Part shown: in pieces, positions 52,426 to 64,000 of the stretch
Position numbering within the stretch: the stretch's first letter is position 1
Layout of the letters: each line of letters starts with the position of its first letter
The notes under the pieces: generated by a model
Database searches by the model: none
Told to the model about the DNA's origin: nothing
What the model saw: the letters and a program-made list of their open reading frames with translations, nothing else
Translations under genes and position numbers: made by a program
DNA from: Chrysomallon squamiferum
Lineage: Eukaryota > Animalia > Mollusca
DNA: 64,000 nucleotides
Reading direction: 5' to 3'
Assembly (NCBI GenBank): GCA_012295275.1
Contig: CM022665.1
Location: 43,090,001 to 43,154,000, forward strand

Positions 52426-55265
52426 CAACAGCAATAATAATATTATTATTATTTTTATTATTTTTACCCTGGAGGTATTCTTCAACATAGGATGTACTTG
52501 ATGTCTTTGTAGCCTGAAATTTAAAAGCACAGAAATAATTAGATAGTTTACATTTCAAAAATATATACACCAGAAAATCTCAACGGTTAGAATGAATATA
52601 TTATCTGAGTTATTCTACATATCATTTTAAAATATTCATTTCAAACTTCCTTAGTGAAAATAGATCAGTTTTATATAAAATATTGGGATTTTTTTTGGTT
52701 TGTTTATTATTATTATTATTCTTATTTTTCTGATTATTTTAGTATTATAATTAGCAGAAAAGCTTCTTTTTAACAATATATTAATTACTTTTTAAATTAA
52801 TATTTTGGTACCGAGGAAAAAAAAAGAAGTAATATTTTATTAATTTTCTATTTACATTTTTCTGGTCATAGTATTTTGTAAATATATACTTCCCCAATTC
52901 TTTATGGTGATATTATAAATAAAGGTATATATAAAATTTCTACAGTGCATGCAATACTGTACAACCTGCTACAAAAAAAAAAAAAAAAAGAAGAAGAAAA
53001 AGAAAGCACATTTCAAACTGTTTTTCTTTTTTAACATGAAATGAAAAATGAGTTGGACAACAAGTTCTGTAAACTTGTTTAAATTCACAGGTCTCGGTAT
53101 TTGATTAAGTCTGGGTGTGTGTATGTAGGTGTGTGCATATGTGTAAATACAATTATAGTCAAATACACACACAGTGACACACACCTAAATACACAACATA
53201 TATAAAATATATGTAAAAGTTTTCATCATATGTATTTTACATATTTTTGCATGTGTATGGAAGTTCATAATGTATTTTTAACTTGTTTTTGTATTTATTA
53301 TAAATGTTTCCTTTCAAGGATAGAATGTAAGAAATAATTTGAAAAGTAATACTGAACATCTTTTAATGTTACATAATTCATTATTAATTTGGCCAATACA
53401 AAATATTAAAACTGTTACATGTAATTTATTTTAAATAAATAGAAAGCAATTAAAACTGTTTTATTATACTTATGCTTATGTTGTACTATTTTTATTATTA
53501 TTACTTATTTATTTATATATTTTTCTTATATTAGACCAGTTTTTGCATGTATTAAACATTTTAATATTCCTTTAAACACATAAAACTTCTGAACATGATC
53601 AAACATTTGTTTGTAAACAAGAATAAAATTGTTTCAACTGAGTATTTTTTCCTTGTTACAATCTTGTTATTTTTAATTAACATTATGAATGGTAAACATA
53701 GAAATTTGAGAGAAGTTTGTATTTACATTTTTATGAAATACATGATCACATGGTCAGGAAATGTTTTCTGATTGGCCAAACTGCTATTAATTGTTATTAG
53801 CTGTATATTTATGAACGTAGTTCTGTTTAATTGTTACAGACACAAAACCATTCATTAGCAAACAAAAGTTTTAAAGTCTATTCAGAGTTATTCAAATGAC
53901 CAAACTATAACATCCACTATTAGAAATTATACACCAGAGAAAAAACCCAGAATTCTATTTTAAGAAACTAAATATACACATAACCCTTCGTAAAAGAATA
54001 GCCTTCACTATTAGTAAACAAATACCAAAGAGAAAAAAATACAAACCAAAAACAGACTTCTATTCTAATAAACTAATAAATAACATTACACAGAAATTTA
54101 TCTTTGGTTTATCCTTCATGAAAATTATAATAATCAAACTAATAGAAGAACAAAAAAAAATGACAATAAACATGATGAACATTTTTTTAAAATTAAAACA
54201 CTTTTTTAAAAAACAATTTTAACAACCAAAATATCGTAATCAAATCAATGAAACAAAAATGACTATATATGAAGAAGATCTAGTATGTTTGATGAAAACA
54301 TTTGATAAATTAAAACATTTAAAAAAAAACGAAATATAATTTTTAATTTGAAAGAAATAAATTTTCATCTTCATCAAATAAATAAATGAATAAATAAATA
54401 AATAAACAAAAACTGACAGTACATAAAGAAGATCTGGCAAATTTGATAAAAACTTTTTATAAACTAAAAAATACTTTTAAAAAAAAATGAACGGAAAACA
54501 ACAAAAACAACAGCTGAAATAAACATGCATGCAAAACATAAAATAAATTCCTCTTTTATAATTAAATAAAACAGAACTAATAACAAACTAAAAAAGAATT
54601 GACAATACCAATGTAGATGGATGATGATAAAAACAAATCTGTGGATGATAATAATCATTATGAAATATAATAAAATAAAAACAATAATAACAATGATAAT
54701 TATTATTATCATGTTTTCTGACCCTCATTGAATGTTTACTCGGAAATAAGAAATATAATAATAATAATAAGGATTGGGATAACAATTACAACATCAACAA
54801 CAACATAACAATAATAACACAACAATAACAAAATTAAATTATGATGATGATAATAATGACAATAACAACATCACAAACACAACAACAATAGCAGCAACAA
54901 TAATAAAATAAAATTATGATAATAATGATAACAATGACAACATCACAAACATAAAAATAGCAGCAACAATAATAAAATAAAATTATGATAATAATGATAA
55001 CAATGACAACATCACAAACATAAAAATAGCAGCAACAATAATAAAATAAAATTATAATAATAATGACAACAGTGAATACAACATTACAAAGCATAACAAC
55101 AATAGCAGATGATGATAATAATGAAGCCAGATATAATAATATTAATGAAGAGAATGATGAAAACAAAAAAATAATAATAATAAAGCTAAAACTTTTGACA
55201 ATAAACAAATGAAGTTAAAACAGAATTTGACAAGGTGATATTAATATATTATATTAAATAATAAT

Positions 55266-55312
<47 letters not shown>

Positions 55313-55560
55313 AAATAAATTATATATATATTAAAATTAATATTAAAATTAATTAAAATAAAATAAAAATTAAAGAAAAATTTTAAAATATTACTAAAAT
55401 TAAATAATAAAGTTTAATTACATTGTGGTCCTGTATAATCATATTAATACACATAGCAATAATTCAATAATGCTGATAATAAACAAAAATAATCACAAAT
55501 AACAGTAAAATCAAAATAATAATGACAAATTAAATTAAAAAACAAAATTACATTAATATA

Positions 55561-55591
<31 letters not shown>

Positions 55592-55684
55592 TGATGATAA
55601 ATATAAAAATACTGAAAAATGCTGATAATAATAATATAAATGAAAATAAGTAAAAAGTAGCAAATTATAATTATATTAATGACA

Positions 55685-55718
<34 letters not shown>

Positions 55719-58700
55719 TAATAACAATAATGACAATGATAATAATGAAAAAAGCAAGGTATAATAATATAAAACAATAACAACAATGACAATGATAATA
55801 ATGATAAAAACAAGGTATAATAATATAAAACAATAACAACAATGACAATGACAATAATGATAAAAGCAACGAATAATAATATAAAATAATAACACTGACA
55901 CAATGACAATAATAATAATAACAATAAAAGCAAGGTATAATAATATAAAACACAATAACAACAATGATAATAAAAAACAAGGTCTAATGATGTTAATGTC
56001 TTAGAAAGCACCACTTAGTACAGCCACCGATTCTCAGACAAACTCCAAACAACCATTTACTTTCTAGACCATGCTGCACAAACACATAAAAGAACAACAT
56101 GCGCTGGTCGCTAAAAGACCAGGCAAGGCTAAATAGAATACCTGCTCTTCACTGTCCGATTGGATGCGAATAAATGCCTTGCTCTGTTGTCGAAGAAATT
56201 GAGACGATTGAGAAAATGGAAATGTTAAAATAGTAAGTTTTTGAGGTATAATCAAATTACATTTTGTATGCTTCAGTTTTTTTGTGTTTTTTTTACTGTT
56301 TTATTTGTTAAGACAGTAAAATAAGATTACGAGATATGGAGACTGATGATGTGCCTGTTTTTTATTGCAACAACAATTTGTATTTAAAGAAATTTAAATA
56401 ATAAGAAAAAGTCCTGATAGACTGAGTAAAGCATTTTTTTTGCGATGTTCATGTATACTCAGTCTGTTTAGGATTTTTAACTATTTTACAGAATTGAAAA
56501 AATAAATAAATAAATTTTAAAAATGTCACCATAAACTTATTAATTTATTGTTCTTTTTTTATTATATCAATGTCTGGTGAACACATTTTTTTTGTTTGTT
56601 TATAAAATATAAAATATCAACAATGTTGTTGGAAGTATACAAAACATTTGGGCAATTTGATCATACCATCAAAAGCATTTCTTTATTATTTAGAAAACTA
56701 CATTAACTAACATCTAAATTAATAAAATGAGATATATTAAAAAAAATGTTTTAACTATCTTAAATATCTAATCTATCAGAAGCAAGTGATACTTTATATC
56801 AATTTATGTATTTTAATTAAGTTAGTTCTATTACACAGAAAAAATTAATTATCAATAATATAAAGAAATATATGTAAAGTCTATGTGATGATACAGAAAA
56901 ATTTAATTATGAACAACATAAAGATATATACATAAAGCCTATCCGATTACACAGAAAAAAATCAATTAATCTAAAAACATACTTCTATTTATAAATTACT
57001 GTTAAATATAAAATGTTATATTTTATTTAGCTTTTTATAAAGATGAAGCAATGGTTAGCAAAATACTATATAATTTAATATAAATTTATTAACATTGAAG
57101 TAAGCAAAATATATGAAATTATAACTAATAAAAGCTGTTTAACTAAAAAAAAGTCATAATAATAAATAAATTAATTAATGAATAAAATTTTTAATGATTT
57201 TTAAGCTTTTTGTATGCAAAAAAAAATAAAAAAAATAAAAGTAAATATGCACAAAATATTTCGCACATTGAAAAAACAACATATTCACTTGTACACTCAA
57301 GGATATGCAGTCGTGCATCAGATATGCACACACAACAAACATACACACAGACAAACTCTCATATATCATTTTTTACTATTTGATCATTTCCACATGTGAA
57401 GAGGAGAAATAGAAAAGCTAATGGTGGGGTTTTTTCAAAAGCATAAAGTGATACAATTATAGATTTTCTAATCAATTACTTTTACATAAATATAAAATTA
57501 TAATATAAATTGAAAAAAAAAAAAGAAGAAATGTATAAGAAAATGTGACTGACCTTTCAAATAGTATAATTTTCATATTTATAAATATGTAAATGAAGTA
57601 TGAATGAAAAGAATCAGACACACTTTATTCTCAATTCATTTTTACATTCACACTAATTACAGTTTCAGAACATGACAAATTTTAACACATAAAAAACCCA
57701 ATGAAGATGAATTAAACAAGAAATAATATTTATGAATGTTTATTAGAAAATAATATTTATGAATACTTAAAAGAAATAATATTTATGAATGTTTATTTGA
57801 AAATAATGTATATGAATACTTGAAAGAATTAATATTTATGAATATTTATTAGAAAATAATGTATATGATGAATTCTAAAAAGAAATAATATTTATGAATG
57901 TTTATTAGAAAATAATGCATATGAATACTTAAAAGAAATAATATATATGAATGTTTATTTGAAAATAATGTATATGAATGCTTAAAAGAAATAATATATA
58001 TGAATGTTTATTAGAAAATAATGTATATGAATGCTTATAAGAAATAATATTTATGAATATTTATTAGAAAATAATGTATATGAATGCTTATAAGAAATGA
58101 TGGTTATATTCTAGATGGGGAAACTAATTATTAATATATATAAATATGGGCAATTGATCATAGTTAACATATATATTTAAAATTAAGGTGTGCAACCACA
58201 TTATATATATATATATATAAAAACAATAAATGTGATTTTGTGATGAAAGCTAGAATAGAAACCCTCTGCTGGCTACATGATGGGTTTCTTTTATTAATAA
58301 GCTACAGGAATTTTATATACATTTATACAAACACACAGGAAAACACATAGCACAGACATTTTGCTGACAAGAAGAGAACCTTCAACCTATCACTCCTAAT
58401 TATTTTCTAACATTAAGCAGTGAATATTCTATGAACATATATAAGCAAGACATATGCAGATGGAATTTACATGTAATGAAACATGTTATAGAGAAGTTAT
58501 ATATAATGAATGATGCTATCAAAACCACGCATAATGAAAGATGTTTTGAAAATGTTACATTTAAAAAACAATGTAACAAGGTAGTAACATATAGTTAAAA
58601 CCATAACAAAGAAGAAATGTAATGGAAACCATTTCCTATTACATATAATTAAAGATGTTACAAAGAGGTTACATATGAAGGATGTTACATACATTACATG

Positions 58701-61700
58701 TAATGAAAGACATTACAAAGAACTAACATATGAATAAAGATTTAAGAAAAAGTTTCCTAAAAGTTACATACGATGAATGTTACCAACAAATTAACAAATG
58801 ATGAAAGACATTATGGAAACATCTTACACTAAATGATATGTATATGAAAGCATGTTATACTAAATGATATGTATATGAAAGCATGTTACACTAAATGATA
58901 TGTATATGGAAACATGTTACACTAAATGATATGTATATGAAAGCATGTTACACTAAATGATATGTATATGGAAGCATGTTACACTAAATGATATGTATAT
59001 GAAAGCATGTTACACTAAATGATATGTATATGGAAGCATGTTACACTAAATGGAAAGTCTACAGAAAAATGTTACAGTGAAGTTACACATAATGAAATAC
59101 AATAAAAGGAAGTTACAATGCATTACAAGGAACAAAAAGTTACTGAAAAGTTACATATGATGAAAGATGTTACAAAGATGTAAGACATGATGAAAGACAT
59201 TACAAAGACATGTTACATTAAATGGTAATTATGAAAGATGCAAACAGTGACTGCTACAAACTATTCAACACTAAAGAAAAGTCATTTAAAGTAAAAAAAA
59301 AAAAAATACACTATTAAACTAAGCATCTATTACAAAAATTTCACTAAAATATGTGAAAAAGCTTTCATTTCATAGTTAGATCCAAACACCAATAATAATA
59401 AAACTAAAAAATTTTAAATCTATATTTTAGCTTTTGTTTTAAATGATATTATTTCACAGTTAGGGCCAAGCACCTATAGATATGCATGGTTATTTTATTA
59501 TTATTGTTGTTGTTATATAAATATAAATATTATTTTAGATAAAATATTTACAATACTTAGCTGTGAGATAAAGTATACCTGATTACTAACCTGTACCTAA
59601 AATCAAGCAAAATTTTACTTTTTAACAACAAAAAAACATGTACCTAAACTGTATAAGTGGTATTATGAACAAACAGGTTCCCAATATTTAAAATTATGTT
59701 ATGAACATGGAAATTTTAGATACCAAAAATGCAGCATAAAGCAATTTTTTTATTAAAAGCCTTTTAATTATTTTTTTTTAAATTTTATTAAATATTATTA
59801 CTCATTTATAATTTATTGTTATCATTTTATGTTTTGTGATAAATAACTGTTTATTAAATACAATTTTTTTTTTTAAAACAATTTATTATTATTATTTTGA
59901 TGACATTAGTGTGTGTGTGTATATATATATATACACATATTCAAAATGATTTTGTTTTTCTTTATCTTAAGTAAAGATACTGACAAAATTAATGTGTAGA
60001 TTTTTGTATCTGATGGAAAACTATAATTATTGAAAAAGAAGGGAAAACGACAAATTTCATTTTTCATAAACAAGTTATTTCTTATTGTTTTGAACATGTC
60101 TTTAGAAACACTTTAAAAAAATCACTTGAAAATTAATTTAAGTTCACAACACCACAAATTCATTTTTAAAAACTAAACAAAAAACAAAAACCTGAAGCTT
60201 AAGATATTAACATAAACATTACATTTTTCATTTAAATTTATTAAAGCAAATGTTGAAAAAGCGTCTTTTGATAATTAAAGTATATAAAATTTAAGTTAAA
60301 AGAATAATTCTTTAACTATAAAATAATATGAAATATACAAGATGTATGAAAAACAAACAAAATCAAAATTTAATGAAAGAGAAAAAATAAATAAATAAAT
60401 AAATAATGATATGAAAATGAATGAAATTAAAAATTAAGCCCAAAATCTTATTTTGAGATGAAATGTATATGATTTTTCAAATGATAAGTTTTAAAAGAAA
60501 CATATTTTTACATCATCACTTTTATATCAAAATAGAAAACATCATGATGATGATTTATTAATTTTTAGTTGTGATTTTATTCATGAATGATCAAATTGAT
60601 GATGATCACACATCTAAAAATTTAAAAAATATTAATTACAGACAAGTTTTAGTCATTTGTCAACGTAAACACAGCAGAAGTACAAAATTACAAAAAACAA
60701 ATAAAAAACGGAATACTTACAACTGATCCAGGAGAGACCATATCTTCTGTGTACAGGTAATCCTTCTTCATCATACCTTCACTCACTGATCTGTACCTCT
60801 CTAGTAACAAAATCATATTTATAAAAACAATTTAAAAAAAAAAATTCTTAAATTTTAAACACAAGAAACTTGAAATTAATGAAACTTAGTTTTCTTCTTC
60901 CTTCTTCATTTTTGTTTAAATGTTCAAAAAAAAATTTTAAATCAATAAATCAAAATAGAAAATTTTGAAATCTGATTTTACTTTATTTATTTATATATTT
61001 CTTTACTATTATTATTATAATTATTAATTTTTATTTATTTTTTTGATGTCTAATTAAATCTTGTATCTTACAACAGCTGTAATTTATCATATATAATTGT
61101 AAAGTGTGTGTGTGTCTCTGTGTATGTGTGTGTGTCTGTGTGTGTGTTTATTACCTGATTTTGCCACTGAGGACACTGGTCTGAAGACCACAGACACTGT
61201 GACCTGACCACAAGACTTGTCCACTACATACCCCTCAGACGGCTTGTTGTATCCCAGAGTCAGTGACCGCTTGATAATACAATTTTCTTCCTGAAAAAAA
61301 ACATGAATATCAAAATGTGAGAAATTTTCACAAACATGTATTTAATAATAAATAAATAAACACAACAGACACACACATGTAATGTAAAAAAATATATAAA
61401 TAAATAAATAAATTTCTGTAAAAAAAAAAAAAAAAGTGTTTATATAAGAAAAATAAATAAATTTAAAAAATAAATAATAATAAATATACATTTTTGTTAT
61501 TTAAAAGTTATTAAACAAAATATTTTTATAAATTTAAAATACTATTATAATTTTTATTATTATTTTATTATTATTATTATTATTTTTATTATAAAAGTTT
61601 TAGTAGTAAATATTATTTCAATGTTATTATTGTTGTTATTTTTATTATTATCATTATTATTATTATTATTTTAGATCCTATTCCACAATGAATTTTAAGT

Positions 61701-63576
61701 GTTATTTTATTTTGAACTTCAAAAAAAAAATCATAAATATAAACTAAACCTTACAACTTTAACTTTCAGTTAAGAAACTTTCTATTTAAACACTCTTAAC
61801 AAATACAAAGAAAGACATTTATAAATGAAGTTAAATGTGTCCAGTATAAATACACAGATACACGTCTGAAATGAAAGTTACGTAAATTACCTCACTCAAA
61901 GTGAGATGAGCAGACCCCAGAAAGTCATCATCAATGATGTTTGTTCCATCCCAGTCAAACACAAAAAATGACAACGCTGTCTGAAAAACAGATAACACGT
62001 GCAATACGTTTATTACATTATTTAAGTGTACAATATAATATTATTTAAGTGTACAATATAATAATACTAAGAAGAAAAAGGAAAAGAAGAAAAGAAGAAG
62101 AAGGAAAAAGAATTTTAAAAATGTAAGAAAACTGTTCATGTTTGAAAAATAAATATAAAAAATATATTTAGAAAACCTGTTATCTTTTTTATTAATTTGT
62201 CACACATTTTTAAAAATATTGTCAATGTTTTTAATATTCTGATTTCAGAAATTTGGTTGTACACAAATTAATTTCAAACTGTTTAAAAACACAAGCATAT
62301 GGAATTTATTTATTTTATATAGTTAATAATAAAAGTAAAATTATAAATGAACAAAAGTTGCCATTATTTATTAAAATTTCTTTATTAAATTTATCATATT
62401 CTGAGTAAATAATTATAAAAAATTTTCCATCAATTTTTTAAAAATAAAATGGGAAAAATAAATAATTTAAAAATTTAAAATGCAAAAATGAACTATAAAT
62501 TTAAAAAAATTCAATAAAAAAGAAAGAACCAGTATATATCAAAATTAAATTTTCAAAATTTTTTTTTTTTTTTTTTTTAAATTTTACCTTTGTAAAATCT
62601 GCAACAAAAAACTCAACAGAAGATTCCCATCTGGGATTGCGTGTGTTGGGCACATAGGGAGTAGTCAGAACCTGAAATATCAGAAACAGTTTAAATAAAA
62701 TACACAAATATGCATACCAAATAATTATTAATTTCAAAGGAAAATATAACATCAGACACTGTAGTTTTCATTTTTACATCATTATAACATTTTATTTTCA
62801 AATATATAAGGAAAAAATATTAAAAAAAACAAAACCACACACTTATTATTAAATAACTTTAATAAAATGCACCATTTGATATAAAACTTTCAAATTTCTG
62901 AACTTTCAAACTGTATTGTGACACCATAAAGGCAGATCATTCTGCTTCATTAAAGGCAGGCTATTCTGTTTTACTGAAGAGACAAAACAGGAAGCAGACT
63001 TACTCTCCTCCTATCACAGAAGAGCACACAGTAAGGGTCGGAAGCTCCAGTCTTGTCAGCTATTATCACATTTGTTGCTCCATGGATAACAGCGTAAACC
63101 ACCCCAGCTTCTGAAGTAAGAAACAAAAATCTTCTTCAGAGAATGATGAGATTCACAGTTTTTCATGATTTCCACTTAATTGTCAGAAAACTGAATGAAT
63201 TCTCATGTAAATGAAAAGAGACGTATCATTTTAACAATTTATTACTGTATTTAATTTTTACAACTCTATAGATTGTCATCAAAAAAAAAAAAATAATAAT
63301 AATAACAATAATAATAATAATAATAATAATAGTAAATAAAGAAATCAAATCAAATAATGTTTTAATTATTCCGTTCCAATTTTGAGCTCAATTCTGTTTA
63401 ATGACTTTCTGAACATTTAAATAAAAATGAAAAAGCTTAAAGAAAACTAACTTTCGTTAACTTCCACTTTCTTCTGTTTTGCTTCGTAATCGTCGAGGTT
63501 GATGGGTTCCAGGGCTGTGTAGTGCATCTTCATTGTCAGCTTGGAGCCATCTTTGTTCTCTATCTCCTTCTCAGCA
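38788..63576 (-). CDS. Multi-C2-domain protein, extended synaptotagmin/tricalbin-like; 3' portion only (5' end lies beyond the window)
   Basis: 19 phase-compatible GT-AG exons: 63452-63576, 63004-63110, 62588-62671, 61891-61980, 61155-61290, 60721-60800, 52468-52513, 51931-51993, 51020-51159, 50101-50187, 49017-49085, 48479-48550, 47671-47954, 45794-45840, 44283-44306, 41066-41174, 40212-40308, 39554-39665 (weak donor) and 38788-38939. C2 motifs are ADKTGASDPYCV/FDWDGTNIIDDDFLG and MDRNGFSDPFCV/YDNDMIGKDFMG, followed by a divergent terminal C2 and a basic tail with no C-terminal transmembrane segment. Confidence 0.85.
39690..39960. repeat. ~28-bp minisatellite next to a C2-gene acceptor
   Basis: AAAATATAGAATTAACAGCAGAGGTTAT and variants, about 8-9 copies. 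Confidence 0.85.
42279..42546. repeat. ~143-bp tandem duplication
   Basis: TTATTCAAGAACAAAAA...GAAATCTTACTGGCATTGTTCCTGATTTAAAA... occurs at 42279 and 42422. Confidence 0.9.
44844..44907. mobile_element. Short inverted-repeat element, possible MITE remnant
   Basis: Perfect 12-bp inverted repeat TTTATCCCATTC / GAATGGGATAAA; a related end, CTATGGT...GGAATGGGATAAAGT, recurs at about 50041-50064. Confidence 0.4.
45965..46445. repeat. Degenerate ~26-bp minisatellite
   Basis: Recurrent GATACTTCTTGACTATCACTTATCTA-like units, heavily diverged. Confidence 0.75.
46608..47633. repeat. 19-bp minisatellite (54 monomers) whose distal part is a 57-bp higher-order repeat
   Basis: 16 monomers of ATCATCAGTGYACTATTTA (46608-46911), then 12 2/3 copies of ATCATCACTTTTCTATTTA-ACCATCTGTGCACTATTTA-ATCATCAATGTACTATTTA (46912-47633). 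Confidence 0.97.
47671..47954 (-). CDS. C2 gene: Ser-rich linker exon
   Basis: GC-rich island; ttcag|IVPDMAVNESF...MRNSES|gtaaga, phase 0 to 2. Confidence 0.88.
48564..48761. repeat. ~86-bp tandem duplication (about 2.3 copies)
   Basis: AAAACTCAACAsTTTAAAAATATTACTTAGGTGTATATTACATGTACATCAGTATAC is repeated. Confidence 0.88.
49017..51993 (-). CDS. C2 gene: second C2 domain (4 exons: 51931-51993, 51020-51159, 50101-50187, 49017-49085)
   Basis: KTILELTILQAKDLIPMDRN/GFSDPFCVLMVDKKKVFTTSIKKKTLFPKWNE.../MMYDNDMIGKDFMGKV.../GVPEWFSLERTKTGKIQLRC. Confidence 0.9.
54840..55985. repeat. AAT/AAC-derived ~60-63-bp tandem repeats and low-complexity DNA
   Basis: Three 63-bp copies at about 54840-55060 and about four CAAGGTATAATAATATAAAACA-containing units at 55730-55985. 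Confidence 0.8.
56142..56183 (-). CDS. Probable 42-nt cassette exon of the C2 gene (SKAFIRIQSDSEEQ)
   Basis: Long pyrimidine tract, caacag acceptor and CAG|gtattc donor; phase 0-0 like the flanking exons, no stop; higher-complexity island within AT-rich repeats. Confidence 0.6.
57718..58098. repeat. AT-rich ~26-27-bp repeat arranged as ~53-bp dimers
   Basis: Alternating AAGAAATAATATTTATGAATGTTTATT and AGAAAATAATGTATATGAATRCTTA units. Confidence 0.88.
58824..59051. repeat. 31-32-bp minisatellite, about 7 copies, within a wider degenerate GTTACA-containing repeat zone (about 58460-59220)
   Basis: Unit TTACACTAAATGATATGTATATG(G)AAAGCATG. Confidence 0.93.
59591..59596 (-). CDS. Candidate 6-nt microexon (Val-Gln) or recursive splice site in the C2 gene
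   Basis: ttttgcttgattttag|GTACAG|gttagt, phase 0-0. Confidence 0.35.
61155..63110 (-). CDS. C2 gene: first complete C2 domain in the window (4 exons: 63004-63110, 62588-62671, 61891-61980, 61155-61290)
   Basis: AGVVYAVIHGATNVIIADKTGASDPYCVLFCDRRR/VLTTPYVPNTRNPRWESSVEFFVADFTK/TALSFFVFDWDGTNIIDDDFLGSAHLTLSE/...GQVTVSVVFRPV. Confidence 0.9.
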
Positions 63577-64000
63577 CTGACCAGTAAAATAGTTTTAATT
63601 GGATATATTAACATTTGATAAAAACTCAAACTAAAAATATTAATTAGCATTGGATAAAACTAAAAACAAAAATAATGGGCTTTTTAAATAATAATAAAAT
63701 AAATAACTGAAATATTTTTAATTAGCAGTATTAATATTTGATAAACACTAAAAACAAAACCAAAAAATAATAAAAACAATAAATAAATGAAATATTTTTA
63801 ATTAGCAGTGTTAACATTTGATAAAACAAATAAAAAAAATATACTTATTTCTTAAAACAATAAAATAAATAAACAAAATATTTTTAATTAGCAGTTTTAA
63901 ATTTGATAAAACTAAAAATAATAAATAAACAAATGAATAAGAAAAATAAATGAAATATTTTGAATTAGCATTATTAACATTTTATCAGACTAAAAAAAAT

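Noticed and set aside
53986-54008. Possible small exon ctaatag|TGAAGG...GAAGG|gttatg in the C2 gene
   Set aside because: It is not a multiple of three, begins with an in-frame stop and has a weak donor; there is no support.

Overview
Very AT-rich, microsatellite-laden animal genomic DNA with spliceosomal GT-AG introns. A lophotrochozoan, probably mollusc, origin is an inference from gene content and repeat style. I assembled five protein-coding genes exon by exon and checked intron phases. (1) A 6-exon, 495-aa ionotropic glutamate receptor (minus, 1525-11858) whose signal peptide is followed directly by the S1 ligand-binding lobe, so it has no amino-terminal domain; it also has Leu at the Q/R site and a deviant M3 gate, an architecture like vertebrate kainate-binding proteins. 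(2) A 2-exon, 316-aa Kelch beta-propeller resembling plant nitrile-specifier proteins (minus, 14431-17777). (3) BTBD7 (minus, 24276-29341, 789 aa) with two overlapping uORFs. (4) A 2-exon, 69-aa COX8 (plus, 33703-34318), only partly captured by the ORF track and head-to-head with BTBD7. (5) The 3' part (19 exons) of an extended-synaptotagmin/tricalbin-like multi-C2 gene (minus, 38788 to beyond 63576) with candidate 6-, 24- and 42-nt cassette exons. Non-coding highlights are an internally deleted Tigger/pogo transposon, a 19-bp minisatellite that switches to a 57-bp higher-order repeat, and a CpG-rich versus CpG-poor mosaic. Most other ORFs in the track are microsatellite or antisense artefacts.
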